Shown here piece after piece: positions 23,494-37,212 of a DNA stretch of 64,000 bases. A program made the translations under genes and the position numbers. Source of the DNA: Podarcis muralis. Taxonomy: Eukaryota. How positions within the stretch are numbered: position 1 is the first letter of the stretch; each line of letters begins with the position of its first letter. The notes beneath the pieces were generated by a model. That model was not told the DNA's origin and searched no databases. It saw only the letters and a program-made list of their open reading frames with translations. The stretch covers positions 103,974,001 to 104,038,000 of the forward strand of contig NC_135658.1 in NCBI RefSeq assembly GCF_964188315.1, read 5' to 3'.

Positions 23494-26400
23494 CTGTTGC
23501 TAACCTTTATTCGATTTGGAAACCAGTGTGGCTCCTTTGGACCAAACTAGAGGAGGGGTGAAATCCATGGCCCTATTTTATGGATGTGGATTTGTTTTAA
23601 ATAGTGGGATTTGGGATTATAGTGGTGGGCAGAGGGTTTTTTAACTCCGTCCTCTTGCACCAGTGGCAGCTTGCTTCTTGCACAGCAGGGGAAGGCAAGG
23701 ACCCCCCCCCAAAAAAAAAAAAAAACCCATGGAAAATAGGGAAATTATGCTGTTTCTGGTGTACCTTTTTAAAACAATGAGATATGAGCAATGCACTCAC
23801 TACTTTGGCACTTTAAAATATGTGTAATATGAACTTTTCAGCTCCCCTTTTCAACAATCTAGCTGCTGTTTTCTGGACTAGTTGTAGTTTCCAGCTGGTT
23901 TTTAAACAAAGTTGCCCAGGAGGGAGGAAAGGAAAGGAGAACAGCCTTCATTCCAGCTGAGAATTTTCCATTCCAGTACCATAGTATACTATTCTTTACA
24001 ATTATACTTTTAGCAAAGAAGTGGCATTTAAACTGATCTGTTTTGATATCCTTATTTCAAACGTGACATAGTAGCAATGTTACTAGCCAATTCTCTGAAG
24101 CTTGGTGAAAAGGGAAGAGTAATAGAAGAAAATGATGAATGAACCTAGAAGCAGAGATCTAGGCTAATTATAATTTTTTAAAGTGGCAGAGGATAAAAAG
24201 CATTTCTTCCCCTGAAAAAGAGAAGAATTATGAATAACTTTGGCTCGTGCAGCTGAGATGATGTGAAACAATCCATAACAAATGACTGAAATAAACTGCG
24301 CTGTCTGCATGCAGAGGAATTCAGCTGAGGGAACTACAAGCTGGCTTGCTAACATGTCATTCACAATTTGGTAAGCTAAGAAAATGCAGGCACTAAACTG
24401 ATGAATATTTAGAAGGGTAGATAAAATGGTATTGGTTTATGAAAATAGTAAACAAACAAATCCTAAAGGAAGAAAAGTTTCTGGGGAAAATATGATGTGG
24501 ATATCAACTTGTCCTTACAGTTTACTGGGAAAATGCCTGTTGTCATGACTTGGGTGGTGATAAGGGGTGATAAGGGTTGGCGACAGGAGACCTGCTCTCC
24601 AAGTGATTTTCTTATTGGTCCCACTCTGACAAGGGAAGTGTGCTGTGGGAAGGAAGCTGTGAAGAGAAGTCTGCACTCCTAACCTGTGCACCCCTTTTTT
24701 TGCTATTGCAGACAGACTCCTTGCCACTTTCTTCCAATGTGCTTCAGTTGGATCTATGTTTAAATGCACTGACCTGTCACCGTCACGTCTGGCTTGGCCT
24801 CCAGGAGCATTCATTAGAGCATGTTGATCTGTTTGCAGCTCATGAACAGATGGTGAACACATTAAAATACTTCTGCAGTAATATCTACTTCACACGTGTC
24901 CTAACCTCTGTAAGGTTTTTTTGTGCACTCATGAGCAATTTCTGTATTTTATTCCAGAAATGATTGCACTTCACTGGTGGGTGAAATTATTCCCTGGTGT
25001 GTTTTGTGAACTGACTAGAACAGAAAATAAGCCAGCAGCTGAAGGTCAGATACCTCAAAAATCTTCATGGCTAAAAATGACTATAGGAAACAAATATTAT
25101 CCGTCCTATTTTAACTATCCAAAGCTACAGCGTTTGTGTGTTTGAGGGTGGGTGCAAGCTGTGTCAAGCCATTGGGGGTTTGTGGCAAGTTTAAACCACA
25201 GCAGGAGAGCCTGGCTACAGCTTACTTTCACTCTCTTGCCTCTTGCAAATAAAGTAATACAAAGAGCCTCTACCTAAGCTGCATTGAATTTTGGTCATGG
25301 ACTTTCCCCATGTTTGGTCAGACAAATTCAGGTATCACACACACTCCTTGTGCTGAGGATTCAGGAACTTCCATAGGGTACCACACACTTCCCTGAGGTC
25401 TTAAAAATCATTCTTCAGAGGGCTTTGCACAATTCTCCCAAAGCTCTGTTTAGTTATGATGTTTGGGATAACAGTAATTAAACTCTGAATGGTAGTTACC
25501 TTAAAACCATCATAGCTGGGGGTGGTAGGAAACATCTGCGAGTTGGAATCTTAATCCCCCACAGACATTTTCTATGAGAAAACTCATAAATAAACTGTGG
25601 AGTTTACCTATTGCTAAACAGGACAGGAGAACTGAAATTAGAATATTTTAGTTACAAATATAAAAAAATTGTATTCTGCTACTCATGCTAGTAAAATTGT
25701 CAAGCCTATTTTCTGGTACACCAATAAGGCCAGGCCACAGCCGTGAATCTGATGGCATAATGGCATATGCTTACATCCAGTTTAGACACAACATTCTTCT
25801 CACACTGAGATAACCATCATTTAGGGGAAAGCTTGCACGTGCATGATGTCTGGCATGGTGGCTTGTTTTGCGATGTGTGCGCGCGCACGCACACACTGGT
25901 ATAGTCGTCTGCTCCCCCATCTGTGTATTTGTGACAAAATACATGATATGTGATAGCCCTGCTTCACAGTTCCGTATTTTCAGGCACAAAACATTTTCAA
26001 TGTACACATTTAAAAGTGCATGTGTATGATCTTTGCAATTACCATCCAGATACATTTGCTGGGTGTTCAGGGGTGGGTACAACTGTTGTAATGGGCACTA
26101 CTAGGTGTGAATGGCAAAACTGCACCATTAGAGCAGTGTTGCAAAGGGCGTCGTCATGCATGGGGATCACACTTGTGTATAACTGCTTGTCCTGTCAGTC
26201 CAAAGATCATGTAAAATATGCAATGTGATGTCAGACTATGTAGAACAAGATTTTTGAATGACAGCTAAGCAGCTACCTGCAACTAAGGAAACCTTGCCTT
26301 GTCCCTCACATCTCTTTTATCCATGGAAACAGGTGGCTTTCTGTTGACTTTCCCCACTGATGTTCTGACTCATAACATTAGTACTATATTGGGGGGAGAT

Positions 26401-27778
26401 TCAAATCTGGAACATAATGAACATTAAGATTTAACTCTGTAATGAAATATTAAAGTTAAAAGCTAGCATTGTCGTATTTAAAACTGCCAGGGAAGAATCT
26501 GCGTCTAGGAGTTCTAATTTTAGCTAGAGAAAAGAAGTATCAAAGCAGCAGGAAGAGGACAATCTGGAAAGAGGGCTGACAGACACCAAAGGAAAACTAC
26601 ACTTTAACAGAAAAGTGATTCTAAAACCCAGGCACTATCATAAAATAAAGAAACATTCGAGTGATTTAGCTGGGGGGGGGGGAGTCACAGAGAAGAACAT
26701 GGCTTGTCATTTGTGATTGCTTTTCAAATGTCCCAGAGGAATGTTTTCTGGAGTTCAATGATTAGCAGGAGGAAGATGATGAGGGGAAGATGTCAGCTTC
26801 AGTGAAACCCTTCAGTCGGGGCCACGTAAAGCAGTCTGTGGCAGGCCTGAGAGACAGAGAATTAAGTTCAACTGTAAGCTAGAAGGAAGAGATTAGGTGT
26901 TCATCTTTGAAGCTGCCACAAAACCTGAAGCAGTCAACATCGTGTATAATCAGTAACAGAGAACAACTTGGACAGCATCAGTCACACCAGCACAAAAGAC
27001 GTGACTGGGAAATTCACTGCTGAAATCCTGTCGCCTTGTACAATATTTACCTTTCAGCTGTTAACAACTAGTGGTAGTACTGGAGTTTAATTTTACTTGG
27101 TTTTTGGCTGTCTAAGGCTGTGTGAGACTAGGCTGATTTTAGGTTTATTTTAAAATTTGCTGTTTAGAGGTTTCACCGGCACTATTTTTCTAGAGAAAGA
27201 GGTGCCAGAATTCAGCATGAACCTTGTTCTCTTATAATGGTAATGGTGCCCACCTGAGAGGGGCTGGAAGTGAGTTCCGGCTGAAAAAAAGCCCTGGGTC
27301 TCACACAATGACCACTGACACGTTGGGAAATCTCCTTGCATGCTTTCAGATGATTTAGCAATCATTGCATAAAACTTCAAAAATAAATAAATTTATACGT
27401 AGCAACATTTAAATTGTCATACGGGGGAGGTCTCACATTTTACTGTGGTTTTTTCTTAGATATGACTAAGATATGACTATTTTTTTCCTAATCCTTTATT
27501 ACAGCTGCCTCTATTTTCGAACTAAGGTTAACTAAGTAGGACAAAAACAGATACTCTGTTTACTATTCCTGAGCACTATTCCTGGTTTGACTTCTTTAAC
27601 TGTGGGAGTTAAACTTTCACTCAGGCCACAGCTCCCTGCTGAAAGTGATGACAGTTTGTAATTCAACCCATTATGTTGAACTATCTATAAATCCTTTCAT
27701 ACATTTTAAAAAGAAACTTCAATCCAAAACCAAGATTCCCCCCCCCTCCCCGATCCCTTGTCCAAGGAAATTAAAGTA

Positions 27779-28020
27779 CAGTGGTACCTCGGGTTACATC
27801 CACTTCAGGTTACATACGCTTCAGGTTACAGACTCTGCTAACCCAGAAATAGTACCTCGGGTTAAGAACTCTGCTTCAGGGTGAGAACAGAAATCGTGCT
27901 CCAGTGGCGCGGCAGCAGCGGGAGGCCCCATTAGCTAAAGTGGTGCTTCAGGTTAAGAACAGTTTCAGGTTAAGAACGGACCTCAAGAATGAATTAAGTT
28001 CTTAACCTGAGGTACCACTG
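27779..28020 (+). mobile_element. Tigger-like MITE
   Basis: TA-cagtggtacctcggg...aggtaccactg-TA, 242 bp, with one extra 16-bp internal cttcaggttaca unit relative to the 9776 copy. Confidence 0.92.
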
Positions 28021-29194
28021 TACTGGGTAGCACACAGCAGAATTTTTCTTTTCTTTTCTTTTCTTTTTTATTCAGCCCAGTTAATTATCAGTTACCAGAG
28101 AAATATAGTTTCATGACTTGACAGAAGTTACCAGTTTTCAACTTCAGCCTCAGTCAGAGTTTCCAGTGACAATGGCTTTTTTATCTTGTGCATCTGAACC
28201 TGCTCCCTTTGGCTGATGCATCTGAGTATGATTTTTTAAAAAGCTTTATTTTCAAGCCACAAACTCCCCTTTTCCTCCCACTCTCCACAATTTGGGGACA
28301 ATGTCCAAAGCTAGTTTTGACACTTCAAGTGACAGTCAGCACAGCTCAGGCTAAATCTGAAGGTTCCTGTTTCAGCAGATATTTCAAACCATAAGGCTTA
28401 GTTATTTTCAAATGAATGTTAAATAAAACATTATATGCTCCCAGCTGTGCACTTTTGTGGCAGGTGATTTTTGGATGTTTCACGCGGTGCCTCATGTGGC
28501 TCCTGTGTGAGGCCTATGCTGGGCTACTGCAGAAACAGCAAGCAGTAAAATCTGGGGAAACAAAGGCTCTCCCTATCAGCCTGGAATGCCTTAAACAAAC
28601 TTGATTTATTTCAGACAGGGAGCCACTTTACAGCACAGAGCAAACCAAGCGCTCCTTCTTGGGCTGTGTCCTCCAACATCCTGGTAAGGCTGGAGACTGT
28701 GATTGAAATAAGTTTGTTTTTTTCAGTTGTTCCCATAGGTTGTCCACAGAAATATTCATGAAATAATTAATTTGAAATCCCTTACTATTTCCTTCCCAGT
28801 CTTTTAAAGAAAAAAAGATTCTCCTTTTCATTTTGTGGAGTTATGTTTGTCAGTTATTTTGCTTGTCTCCAGGAAATGGAAAAAGTAATGGCGATGCCAT
28901 GAGAGGATTTTTGTTTGTTTGTTTGTTTGTTTACACTGGATGTTGGCACCAAGGCATCATTATATACAGTATTACAATGAAGAATGATGCCTCTCTTTTT
29001 TGTTTGTTTGCAGTGCTTTTAAATTGTGGAGGAATGAAGCGTCTGCATCCATCATTACTTTAACATGTCATGCAACCCCAGGGTTGCCATTAGAGGTATG
29101 TCAACAGGGAACCACTGTCAATCACAGCTCATCAGTGACTCAGATCTGTTCCATGAATGCATGTAACTCATGTGATAAGCTGCATTTGATTGCA

Positions 29195-30062
29195 GTAGTG
29201 CATGTGAAAATGATCTTGGACAAGCTTCACATGAGTCAACCGTGTGATGCAGCAGCAAAAAAAGTGAATCCTATTCTAGGCTACATCAACAGAAGTGTAG
29301 AATCCAGATCATGCGAAGTAATAGTAACACTCTAGTCTGCCTTGGACAGACCACACCAGAGGCAGATCTACACTCATGGTTATAAATACAAAAAAAGAGT
29401 TAAGGAATGGTTCTGATAACAATATAGCAATATGATGTTTTTTTTAATGTGACACCAGAGGTCCCCGCAGAGCAATCCCCCTTCCAAAAACCAGGTAGAC
29501 CTTGTGGAATGGGATATTTTCTGTCTTGATGTTTTAGAATGATATTTTTAATATCATTCTAATAATGTTTAAAAGTTGGGTGTAGATCCAGCTCTGGAGT
29601 ACTGTCTCCAATTCTGGGCACCACAATTTAAGAAGGATGTTGACAACCTGGAAGATGTGCAAGGAGGGCAACCAAGGTAATCAAGGGTCTGGAAAAGGGT
29701 GAGGGAGATGGGTATGTTTAGCCTGGAAAAGAGGAGACTGAGAGGAGATATGACAGCCATCTTCAAATGGCTGTCACATGGAAAAGGGAACATGCTTGTT
29801 TTCTCCTGCTCTGGAGGGCAGGACTCAAACCAATGGCTTCAAGTTGCAAGAAAGGAAATTCCACCTCAACACCAGGAATAACTTTCTGACCGTAACAGCT
29901 GTTAGACAGTGGAAGGGTCTCCCTTGGAAGGCGGTGGGCTCTCCTTCCTTGGAGGTTTTTACACAGAGGTTGGATAGTCATCTGTCCTGGATGCTTAAGC
30001 TTAGATTCCTGCATTGCAGGGGGTTGGACTAGATGACCCTCGAGGTCCCTTCCAAATGTACA

Positions 30063-30066
<4 letters not shown>
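29195..30066 (+). mobile_element. CR1 LINE 3' end with nested Harbinger-like MITE
   Basis: MSQPCDAAAKKVNPILGYINRS, MFSLEKRRLRGDM, and a 3' UTR ggactagatgacc...ggtcccttcc. Confidence 0.9.
29360..29593. mobile_element. Harbinger-like MITE nested in CR1
   Basis: Ends aggcagatctacac / gtgtagatccagct (11/14 inverted). It splits ccacac-ctg-gagtac, with cag/ctg 3-bp flanks. Confidence 0.65.

Positions 30067-30102
<36 letters not shown>
30066..30102. repeat. (AC)n microsatellite at CR1 tail
   Basis: Visible. Confidence 0.95.
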
Positions 30103-30104
<2 letters not shown>

Positions 30105-30901
30105 CTTACCAGGAGGGAGAGGGATGCGGTGGCAAGGTTGGAGCTGAGCAGAAGCACTGGCAAAGCCAATGATTGCTCTTGCCACTCTCTGTATCCACCC
30201 CACTGGGAAAACCACTCCAGCTTTTAAGAAGAGTAAAACTTCTTAAAATAAACAGTAATGAATAACTAGGGTAGTAAACAGGGGTAGAAAAGTATGAAGG
30301 CAGGCGAAATAAAAGGACTGGCTTTACTGTATATATCCCTTACAAAGGTGTGGGGTAAAGATTCTCTGATTAATAAAAATAACAATAAAGAACAGCATCA
30401 TATTTTGTAGAGCCAGGAATGGCTGGGGGTTGATAAATGTGGGCAACTGTCATCTTGAACAGTTTCTGCACACATTTTATGTGGTGGGATAAACGGCAGC
30501 CTGGAAGCATGACATCAAAGGCTGCTAATAGGAAGAAGAGCCATCAGGCAGTCATCAAAGAGAAACTAGGGACCAGAGCAATAGCCACAGCAATTACTTA
30601 GTGTGAACACAAGAAGAGAGATCTGTAAAGTCCACTACATAGCCAATAAATCTGGTTTATATCTTTTCCTACCCTCAAGCAGTGCAGGGCATAGATATAT
30701 CTTAAGCCAGAAATTGGTGTACAAAGCTTGGTTGTGATGTTCTGTCCTGGGCATAGACAGAAATAAGACATCTTGTTTGTGGGCCTCTTCCCAGTCTGAC
30801 TGTGGTTCATTGGGAAATCGGATTTGTTTCCTAGTTTTTCATATGTATGGAAAGGCATAAGGGCTGGTAGAGGAAACCCAGCCAGATGGGTGGGGTATAA
30901 A

Positions 30902-31150
30902 AGGTAAAGGGACCCCTGACCATTAGGTCCAGTCGTGGCCGACTCTGGGGTTGTGGCGCTCATCTCGCTTTATTGGTCGAGGGAGCCGGTGTACAGCTTC
31001 TGGGTCATGTGGCCAGCAAGACTAAGCCGCTTCTGGTGAACCAGAGCAGCGCACGGAAACGCCGTTTACCTTCCCGCCGGAGTGGTACCTATTTATCTAC
31101 TTGCACTTCGTGCTTTCGAACTGCTAGGTTGGCAGGAGCTCAGTGGTTTA
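30902..31150 (-). mobile_element. Sauria SINE with deleted head, inserted in an L2 tail
   Basis: Reverse complement of the SINE body and tail. The L2 tail cccagccagatgggtggggtataa lies to the left and (AAT)n to the right, with gtataaa duplicated at 30895-30901 and 31214-31220. Confidence 0.9.
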
Positions 31151-31157
31151 AATAATA

Positions 31158-31159
31158 TA

Positions 31160-31214
<55 letters not shown>

Positions 31215-31242
31215 TATAAATAATAATAATAATAATAATGAT
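31158..31242. repeat. Compound (TG)n(TA)n and (AAT)n microsatellite
   Basis: Visible. Confidence 0.95.
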
Positions 31243-32165
31243 GCATGTAAGAGAGATGAAGGAAGCAGCCTCTGCCCGCAGCACATTTTGAAGCAATGTA
31301 TGTACATGTTGAGGAAATAGAGCCATCTGGAAACTGAGAAAACTAAGATGCTAGCTGCTTCCTATTTTGTGAGAAAGTTCCCTCTTTCGGAAGAAAATCC
31401 TTTCCACCTAACACTGAGTGAAGTTTCCCTCCAACTACAAGCACACAGAAGTGGGAGGCAAAGGCACCATAGAAATAGAACGATTTCCCCTTACCAAGGA
31501 AGTACAGTGTCCATATTTGTGCCATGCAGATAGTTGTAGGTAAAGTCTTAGCATTTTTTTTCAAAAAATTGGGAATTGTAAGAGATGTTGGCCCATCAAC
31601 CATTTCCGTCCCATGTCCTTTTTTTGCCCATTCAGTTTCTCTGTCCTGCAAAGTATATATTCCACATAGTAGAGTCCTAACTTAAATGACAAAATAGCAG
31701 TCACCTTTTACATAACTATTACTTTCCTTAAGGCCTCTCCTCTCAAGATGCATTTACTTAATATATGGCCACCCCAACTTATACTGTTAACATCCAGACT
31801 GAATCATTTCTCTTAATTATTTCACAATGATATGTTTTGTTACCCCATAACCTTTATTCAGTACCTTCCAGCATAGTTTGGTGGCTTCATCCTTCTGAGA
31901 CATGAACATATATCCATATTTTCCTCAGAAGGTGATTCTCATGGGCTTTCTTAAGTCACTCTCGGGCTGCATTCACATGCCAATTTTATTTAATTTCCCG
32001 AGTGCTTCTGTAACTGACAATTTCCACATTATAACTGAGCTTTCACATGACGGAAAAGTCCCTTCTGGAAATATAGCGACATATAGTGCAAGTTTAGTGC
32101 TCATTTCCAGAAAAAAGTGTGGGATGTAATCCACTGGGAGCAGTCAAATACAACATTCCTTGTTT

Positions 32166-32590
32166 TGTTAGAGTGGACATGCAAGGAAAAGTTTGGTCCA
32201 GCCAGTCGAACTTCCTGTTCCTCCTGGCCTGGAGCATCCTTTCTTGCATGTGACTAGTAACTGGTGGGCGTGACCTTTCCAGACCTGGTCAAAGGCCAAG
32301 TCACGCTGCTCCTTTCCTCTTTTTTCAACCTTCCTGTTTGTCCCGCCTGCTTCCTGCCTCATCTGGACTGGACTGCCGGCTGCCACAGCAGCTCCCCAGT
32401 TCTCCCATATGGGGTAAACCTTTGTACATGTTTTGTAACTTTAAGCCTAAAGCCTGCCTTCAGGGATCATGCTGTGCTCTGCCTGATCGTGAGTAAAACT
32501 ACTTTTTGTTACTTATGAATAAGACTGTGGTGTCTTTATTCTTCTAGGGGGGAGTCAAAGGGGTCTTACCAGGAATATTAGAACATACTG
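32166..32590 (+). mobile_element. Solo-LTR-like element (tentative)
   Basis: Begins tgttag, carries an agtaaa signal followed by U5-like gactgtggtgtctttattc. No TSD found and the right end is uncertain. Confidence 0.4.
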
Positions 32591-34869
32591 CAATCTGGAC
32601 AAGCCGGATTGAATTGCTTATTGTTTTAAGAAACTCACACGAGTTTGCAACCAGCTTTTTGCTGCGTAAGAAGGGGAATGCACTCTGCTAAGTGAAGAAA
32701 CTTGCTAGTGCAAGTTAGGAAGGATATTAATAAACAATATATCCTCTCCTGTCACCCTCAACATTCCCACAAAAAAGACTTTCAGAACATTTTACAAAAA
32801 ATAAAATAAAATTCTAAGATAGTACCTGCCCTTAGGTTAGGTTCACAATATGAAGACACAGCATATGAGGAAAAAAGAACAGGTGGAATAAAGAACAAAT
32901 AAGCTCTAGCACAAGACACCAAAGTTACAGCCACTGATGTCTTGGCCATGTTGATGAAGAGCAGTCCCTCTCCTGAAGCCCCCCCCCCCCCGTAAAGTCC
33001 AGGAGCAGAGCTAGTGAGAACATCCAGGCCAGGAGCACAAGGCTGCTTCTGAGTGGACCTGAGTGAAGACTGCAACACTCAGGTTTGCTCCCCAGGCCCC
33101 GCCCCCAGCCTGCCACGGATTGGCTGAATTTGAACAGAGGTCCTGGTGGTGCCCAGATTGCTCCGTGGTGGCTAGGGAGGGGGAGCAGCAATGGCTGCAA
33201 CCAATGCTCACTGCTGAATTGGAGAAAGAGGCCATTCTGCCACACCATTCTCCCCCCAGACACAGCGGGTAACCTTAGAAAAAGTTAGTTGTATCATGAC
33301 GCACTTTTGCTTCCTGCTTTGGTGCTTTCACACAACCCACACATTTTCCTTCTAGGCTATTCCAACCTACCTCTTACTAGACAGGAATTGAGGTTAATTT
33401 AATCTGACGTATTTTAAGAAAGGAAAAAATTAGTAGTAAAAATGCTTTCTTGCATTGATCATTAAAGTGACCTTCCCTCCTTCCCAGGGCCCCCTTTTCT
33501 GCTCAGTTCTGTCACATATCTTGCGCAGTCCTATTACCACCATAGCATTATATCTGTGCTGCCTCACTGAAAAGTGTCATTATTCATTTTCCCCTGCAAG
33601 GAAGTTACTTCAAAGCTCTAACACCTCATCTATGACTTTTATTCTCCCAGCAAAGAATGTGAAAAGGTAACATTTTCTCTGTCTCAATCAAGGAAGGATC
33701 CTCTCATTATTCACTTCTGCAATCACCAGCCCAGAATGCCCCTTTCATCTATACAGTCATCATCCACACAACAATATATCTGGCTGATTTTAAATCAAAG
33801 TGTAGCTCTGGATATATTATAGAAATGGCTTTCTTTCACTCAGTTAACAATTCTCTCTTGTACTCTTGTCATATTGAGGGGTGCGGTGTCCCATGTGAAG
33901 CTATTATTTGATCACTTTAAAAACTCACTGGGGGTGCAGATTTAGAGGCAGCTGTTTCTCCATTACAAAGTTCAGATTTAAAAACAAAACAAAACTGTAC
34001 ATCGCTCAGGTTAAACTGAGAAATCTGCATAGCTAGAAATACAGAGTATAACATTTAATGTGGAATTCAATTGCCTGTCAAAATCTTGTGAGTTCTATAT
34101 CTCATATATATTGTTGGCGTCCGTCAACAATCTGGGGGCGAAGTCAAATTGCTGCCCTAGCAGCACCAAAGTGACCTCTCCAGAGTGCAAGCCTGGGCAG
34201 TGTGTGGGGAGGTCCTGGGCTACCCAGAGGACAACAAGACTCTCGTCTTCATTGATGTGGTCCAAAGGAAAGCAGAGCAATTCGTTTGGCACCAGCTTGG
34301 CTGCTGGAAGGAGGCATATAAGGCACCACCCAACCACCTTAGGGACTCCACTCTGGATTTGTGTAGGGTTTACTCTTTAGCATTTTCTTCTTCCCAAAGG
34401 TATCCTAAAGGCAGCAGAGGTTTAGGACCAGAATTTTCATTCTTCTAGATGGGCTACCATTCCAGGTTGAGCCCCCTCACTTCCCTCTATGGCACATTCA
34501 GAAACTGCCTTATTGGCCATTCAGCCCACCTCTCTCCTTCTCTGGCCTCGGCTTCTGGCTCAGTTTCGGCCATTCCACCTCCTTTTTTGCCCAGAGTCTG
34601 CTGTGCAGCAACAACACTGCCTTGATTCACTGAGGCTGAAAAGTGAGACAGCTGGAGGAGAACAAGGCGAAGCCAAAGCTGGCACTTTACCAGTGTTGAT
34701 CTTCCCTCCTTCCTTCCGTTCCCCCATGCAAATCTTTACTCCCCCCCCCCCCCGATCCTGATGCTTCCTTACTCCAAGGCAAGTGTGCATAGTCTTACAG
34801 CCTGAAAAACAAGGAGTTTAGTAAAGAAACTGCCTTTTTATTCAACAGATGGAGCTCAGAGTGGTGCAC

Positions 34870-35075
34870 ATGGTTCTTCTCTTCCTCGTTTAATCTCCAC
34901 AGCAACCCTGTGAGGTAGGTTCTGTTTATTGGTTGGAGATACAGGTGTTGACCATGACCCGTTTCCCTTCACAACCACCTTGAGACGTAGGTGAGGATGA
35001 GAGGCTGACATTGGTTCCAGGTGACCATACAAGCTTTAAGCAGAAGCTGGGATTTGAACCTGATCCCTGAGTGTG
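34870..35075 (-). mobile_element. Old Squam3/MIR-like SINE fragments
   Basis: cagcaaccctgtgaggtagg ... ggtgacc ... gggatttgaacc. Confidence 0.5.
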
Positions 35076-36219
35076 TCACTGTGTACATTGGGCAGGTGTG
35101 GTTGGGGCAACTCAGCGTTCACATGTATTGGCATTGGAATGCTAAAAGCAGGTAACCTTTTGAAAGTTCCAGGGGGCACAAAACACTACAAGTCAACTTT
35201 TGTGTGGGGGCCACCAAGTGGTATGCATTGCAGTTGTGTTTAAAAGTCTGCTTTTGTACTTTTTCAGATAAAGCAAAGTTATTCCACACCATCACCTCCA
35301 TCTCACTAAACTGCCGGGGGTGGGGAGGTGGGGTGGGCTCCATTCTGTGGTTCACCTCAGTTACCAAATGTTTTTGGTCAGCCCTAGGTGCACGTGACTG
35401 AGTGTAGATTTGAACCTGCTCTGATCTTAAGACTGATGCTCTGAAACTCAGCCACATTGCGTACATGTATTCCGTACGGCAACTTATCCTGATAATAGAA
35501 TTTGACTTTCCAAGCTGCAATTTTTAAAATCCTGTTTCTAGATTGTCTGAAATGCCTTTCCTTGTCAATTGTTTTTGCCTCTCTTTCTTTTGAGCACCAG
35601 TACCATTTGCCCCCAGCAATCTGTTTGTTGATGCCGATGGAAGGACAGCCCGAGTGCAGCTGGGGTTTGTAGAGACAAAGAGAGAGAGAGATGGGAGATT
35701 TTGCCAGTGCGTGAGATGTCGAATCTTCCTCTTCTTCTTCTTTGCCTTTGGCAGAACAGGGTCTACAAATGGGGAAGGGTTTTGTAGCGTCTCTGTTGTA
35801 AACTATTCTTCAAATAGGCTTGATATAAGGCCAACGGGCTTCCCCACTATGAAATTCCAGATGCATGGCTGACTATTAAAACACCTGTGTGTGCCACTTG
35901 GTTATTTCAGTACCTTTTGGAAAAACCCATGTTTCCCATAAGGCTTTTGGCTTAAACCATTAAGCTGTAAATCCTGCAGAGTTTCAGTGGGATTCAAGTA
36001 GCCTGAGTGAGAGATTGTAGCTGGCAATGAAGTTTAATAGAACTTCTCAATATTTTTCAGTCCCCTTTCACACGTCAGTCCATGTGTGTAGGAAGAGGAG
36101 CATCCCTTCTGGTCCTCATGTTAACCCGAACTTATCTCTGTATGTTAAGCAGGGTGTATGCCCAGGAGATCCAAGGAACAGCCACTACCTGCAATCACAT
36201 TGAGTATCTACACATGTGC

Positions 36220-36503
36220 TGTCGTGCAGCGAAGTAAAAATGCAGAGTCTTCACAGTAAATGAATAAAACTTTACTGAGGCAAAACATACTTCTTTACAA
36301 ACACATAATGTAGGAGAGCAAGGTAAAACAGAAGAAGATTAGACTAGGCTAGAGAAGCACACTCAGCTCATTCTATTTATCCTTCCTGGCTCCCTATGTC
36401 TTTAAAGATACAATATTTGTACAAAGGATGAGTCATCTCCAGAGGATGAGTCAGAGTGAGTCAGCTAGCTGAATGAATCTGCACTTTTCAGCATTTTTCA
36501 ACA
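36220..36503 (-). mobile_element. Solo-LTR-like element with AP-1 cluster
   Basis: Minus strand reads TG...CA (tgttga...cgaca), then 3x TGACTCA, an ataaata box and an agtaaa signal. No TSD found. Confidence 0.5.
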
Positions 36504-36769
36504 CTTTATACACTTTACTGCTTCTGCTCTTCAAAGACCTTTGTCACATGACATGTGCAACTGTGTCTATGCAGTTGTATAGGAATAGCCCCTCCTTTGC
36601 AGATATCCTGCTGAGTGTATGGATATTGGGTAAGGAGGACCAGCAGGATGTCACTGTGTCAGGAGAGGGGCTTTCCTTCCATGTGCACAAAAGGGTGTCA
36701 TTCTCCTGTTGCCTTTATCTCTCCTCCCTCTGGGGTTTCCTCCTGCTCCAAATTTAGAATATGAGCTCC

Positions 36770-36945
36770 NNNNNNNNNNNNNNNNNNNNNNNNNNNNNNN
36801 NNNNNNNNNNNNNNNNNNNNNNNNNNNNNNNNNNNNNNNNNNNNNNNNNNNNNNNNNNNNNNNNNNNNNNNNNNNNNNNNNNNNNNNNNNNNNNNNNNNN
36901 NNNNNNNNNNNNNNNNNNNNNNNNNNNNNNNNNNNNNNNNNNNNN
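36770..36945. other. Assembly gap (176 N)
   Basis: Run of n. Confidence 1.
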
Positions 36946-37017
36946 CTAGTGCACTTTACTTACTCCCCTGGAAGTCAGTTTTGGAGGGTGTTAAGCAGCA
37001 AAAAGTTGGAAAATGGA

Positions 37018-37212
37018 GAGCTTATCCACACTTCCAATTGTCCCATGTCTAGAAAGCACAGGTCTGAGCGGTTTTCCCTTCCACCCGGAAATCAAATTGG
37101 GACAAATGACAATCCGTGGAAAAGCCAATTGCTGTTTGCTCTGATTCAGTGCCAAACTGCAGGTTTTCTCAAGGGAAAGTGGCCAGGCAAACGGGAAGTG
37201 TGGATGAGCCCC
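37018..37212 (+). mobile_element. ~200-bp MITE (Harbinger-like), copy B
   Basis: TIR gcttatccacacttcc / ggaagtgtggatgagc (15/16). Homologous to 1770-1984. Confidence 0.65.

Noticed and set aside
25872-25897. Alternating purine-pyrimidine tract gtgtgcgcgcgcacgcacac (Z-DNA candidate)
   Set aside because: Short and common in vertebrate DNA, with no supporting context.
9776-28020. Recurrent ~230-bp near-identical units and internal cttcaggtta repeats that could suggest an array or CRISPR-like system
   Set aside because: They are dispersed TA-flanked MITEs with no repeat-spacer periodicity and no cas-like ORFs, in eukaryotic DNA.
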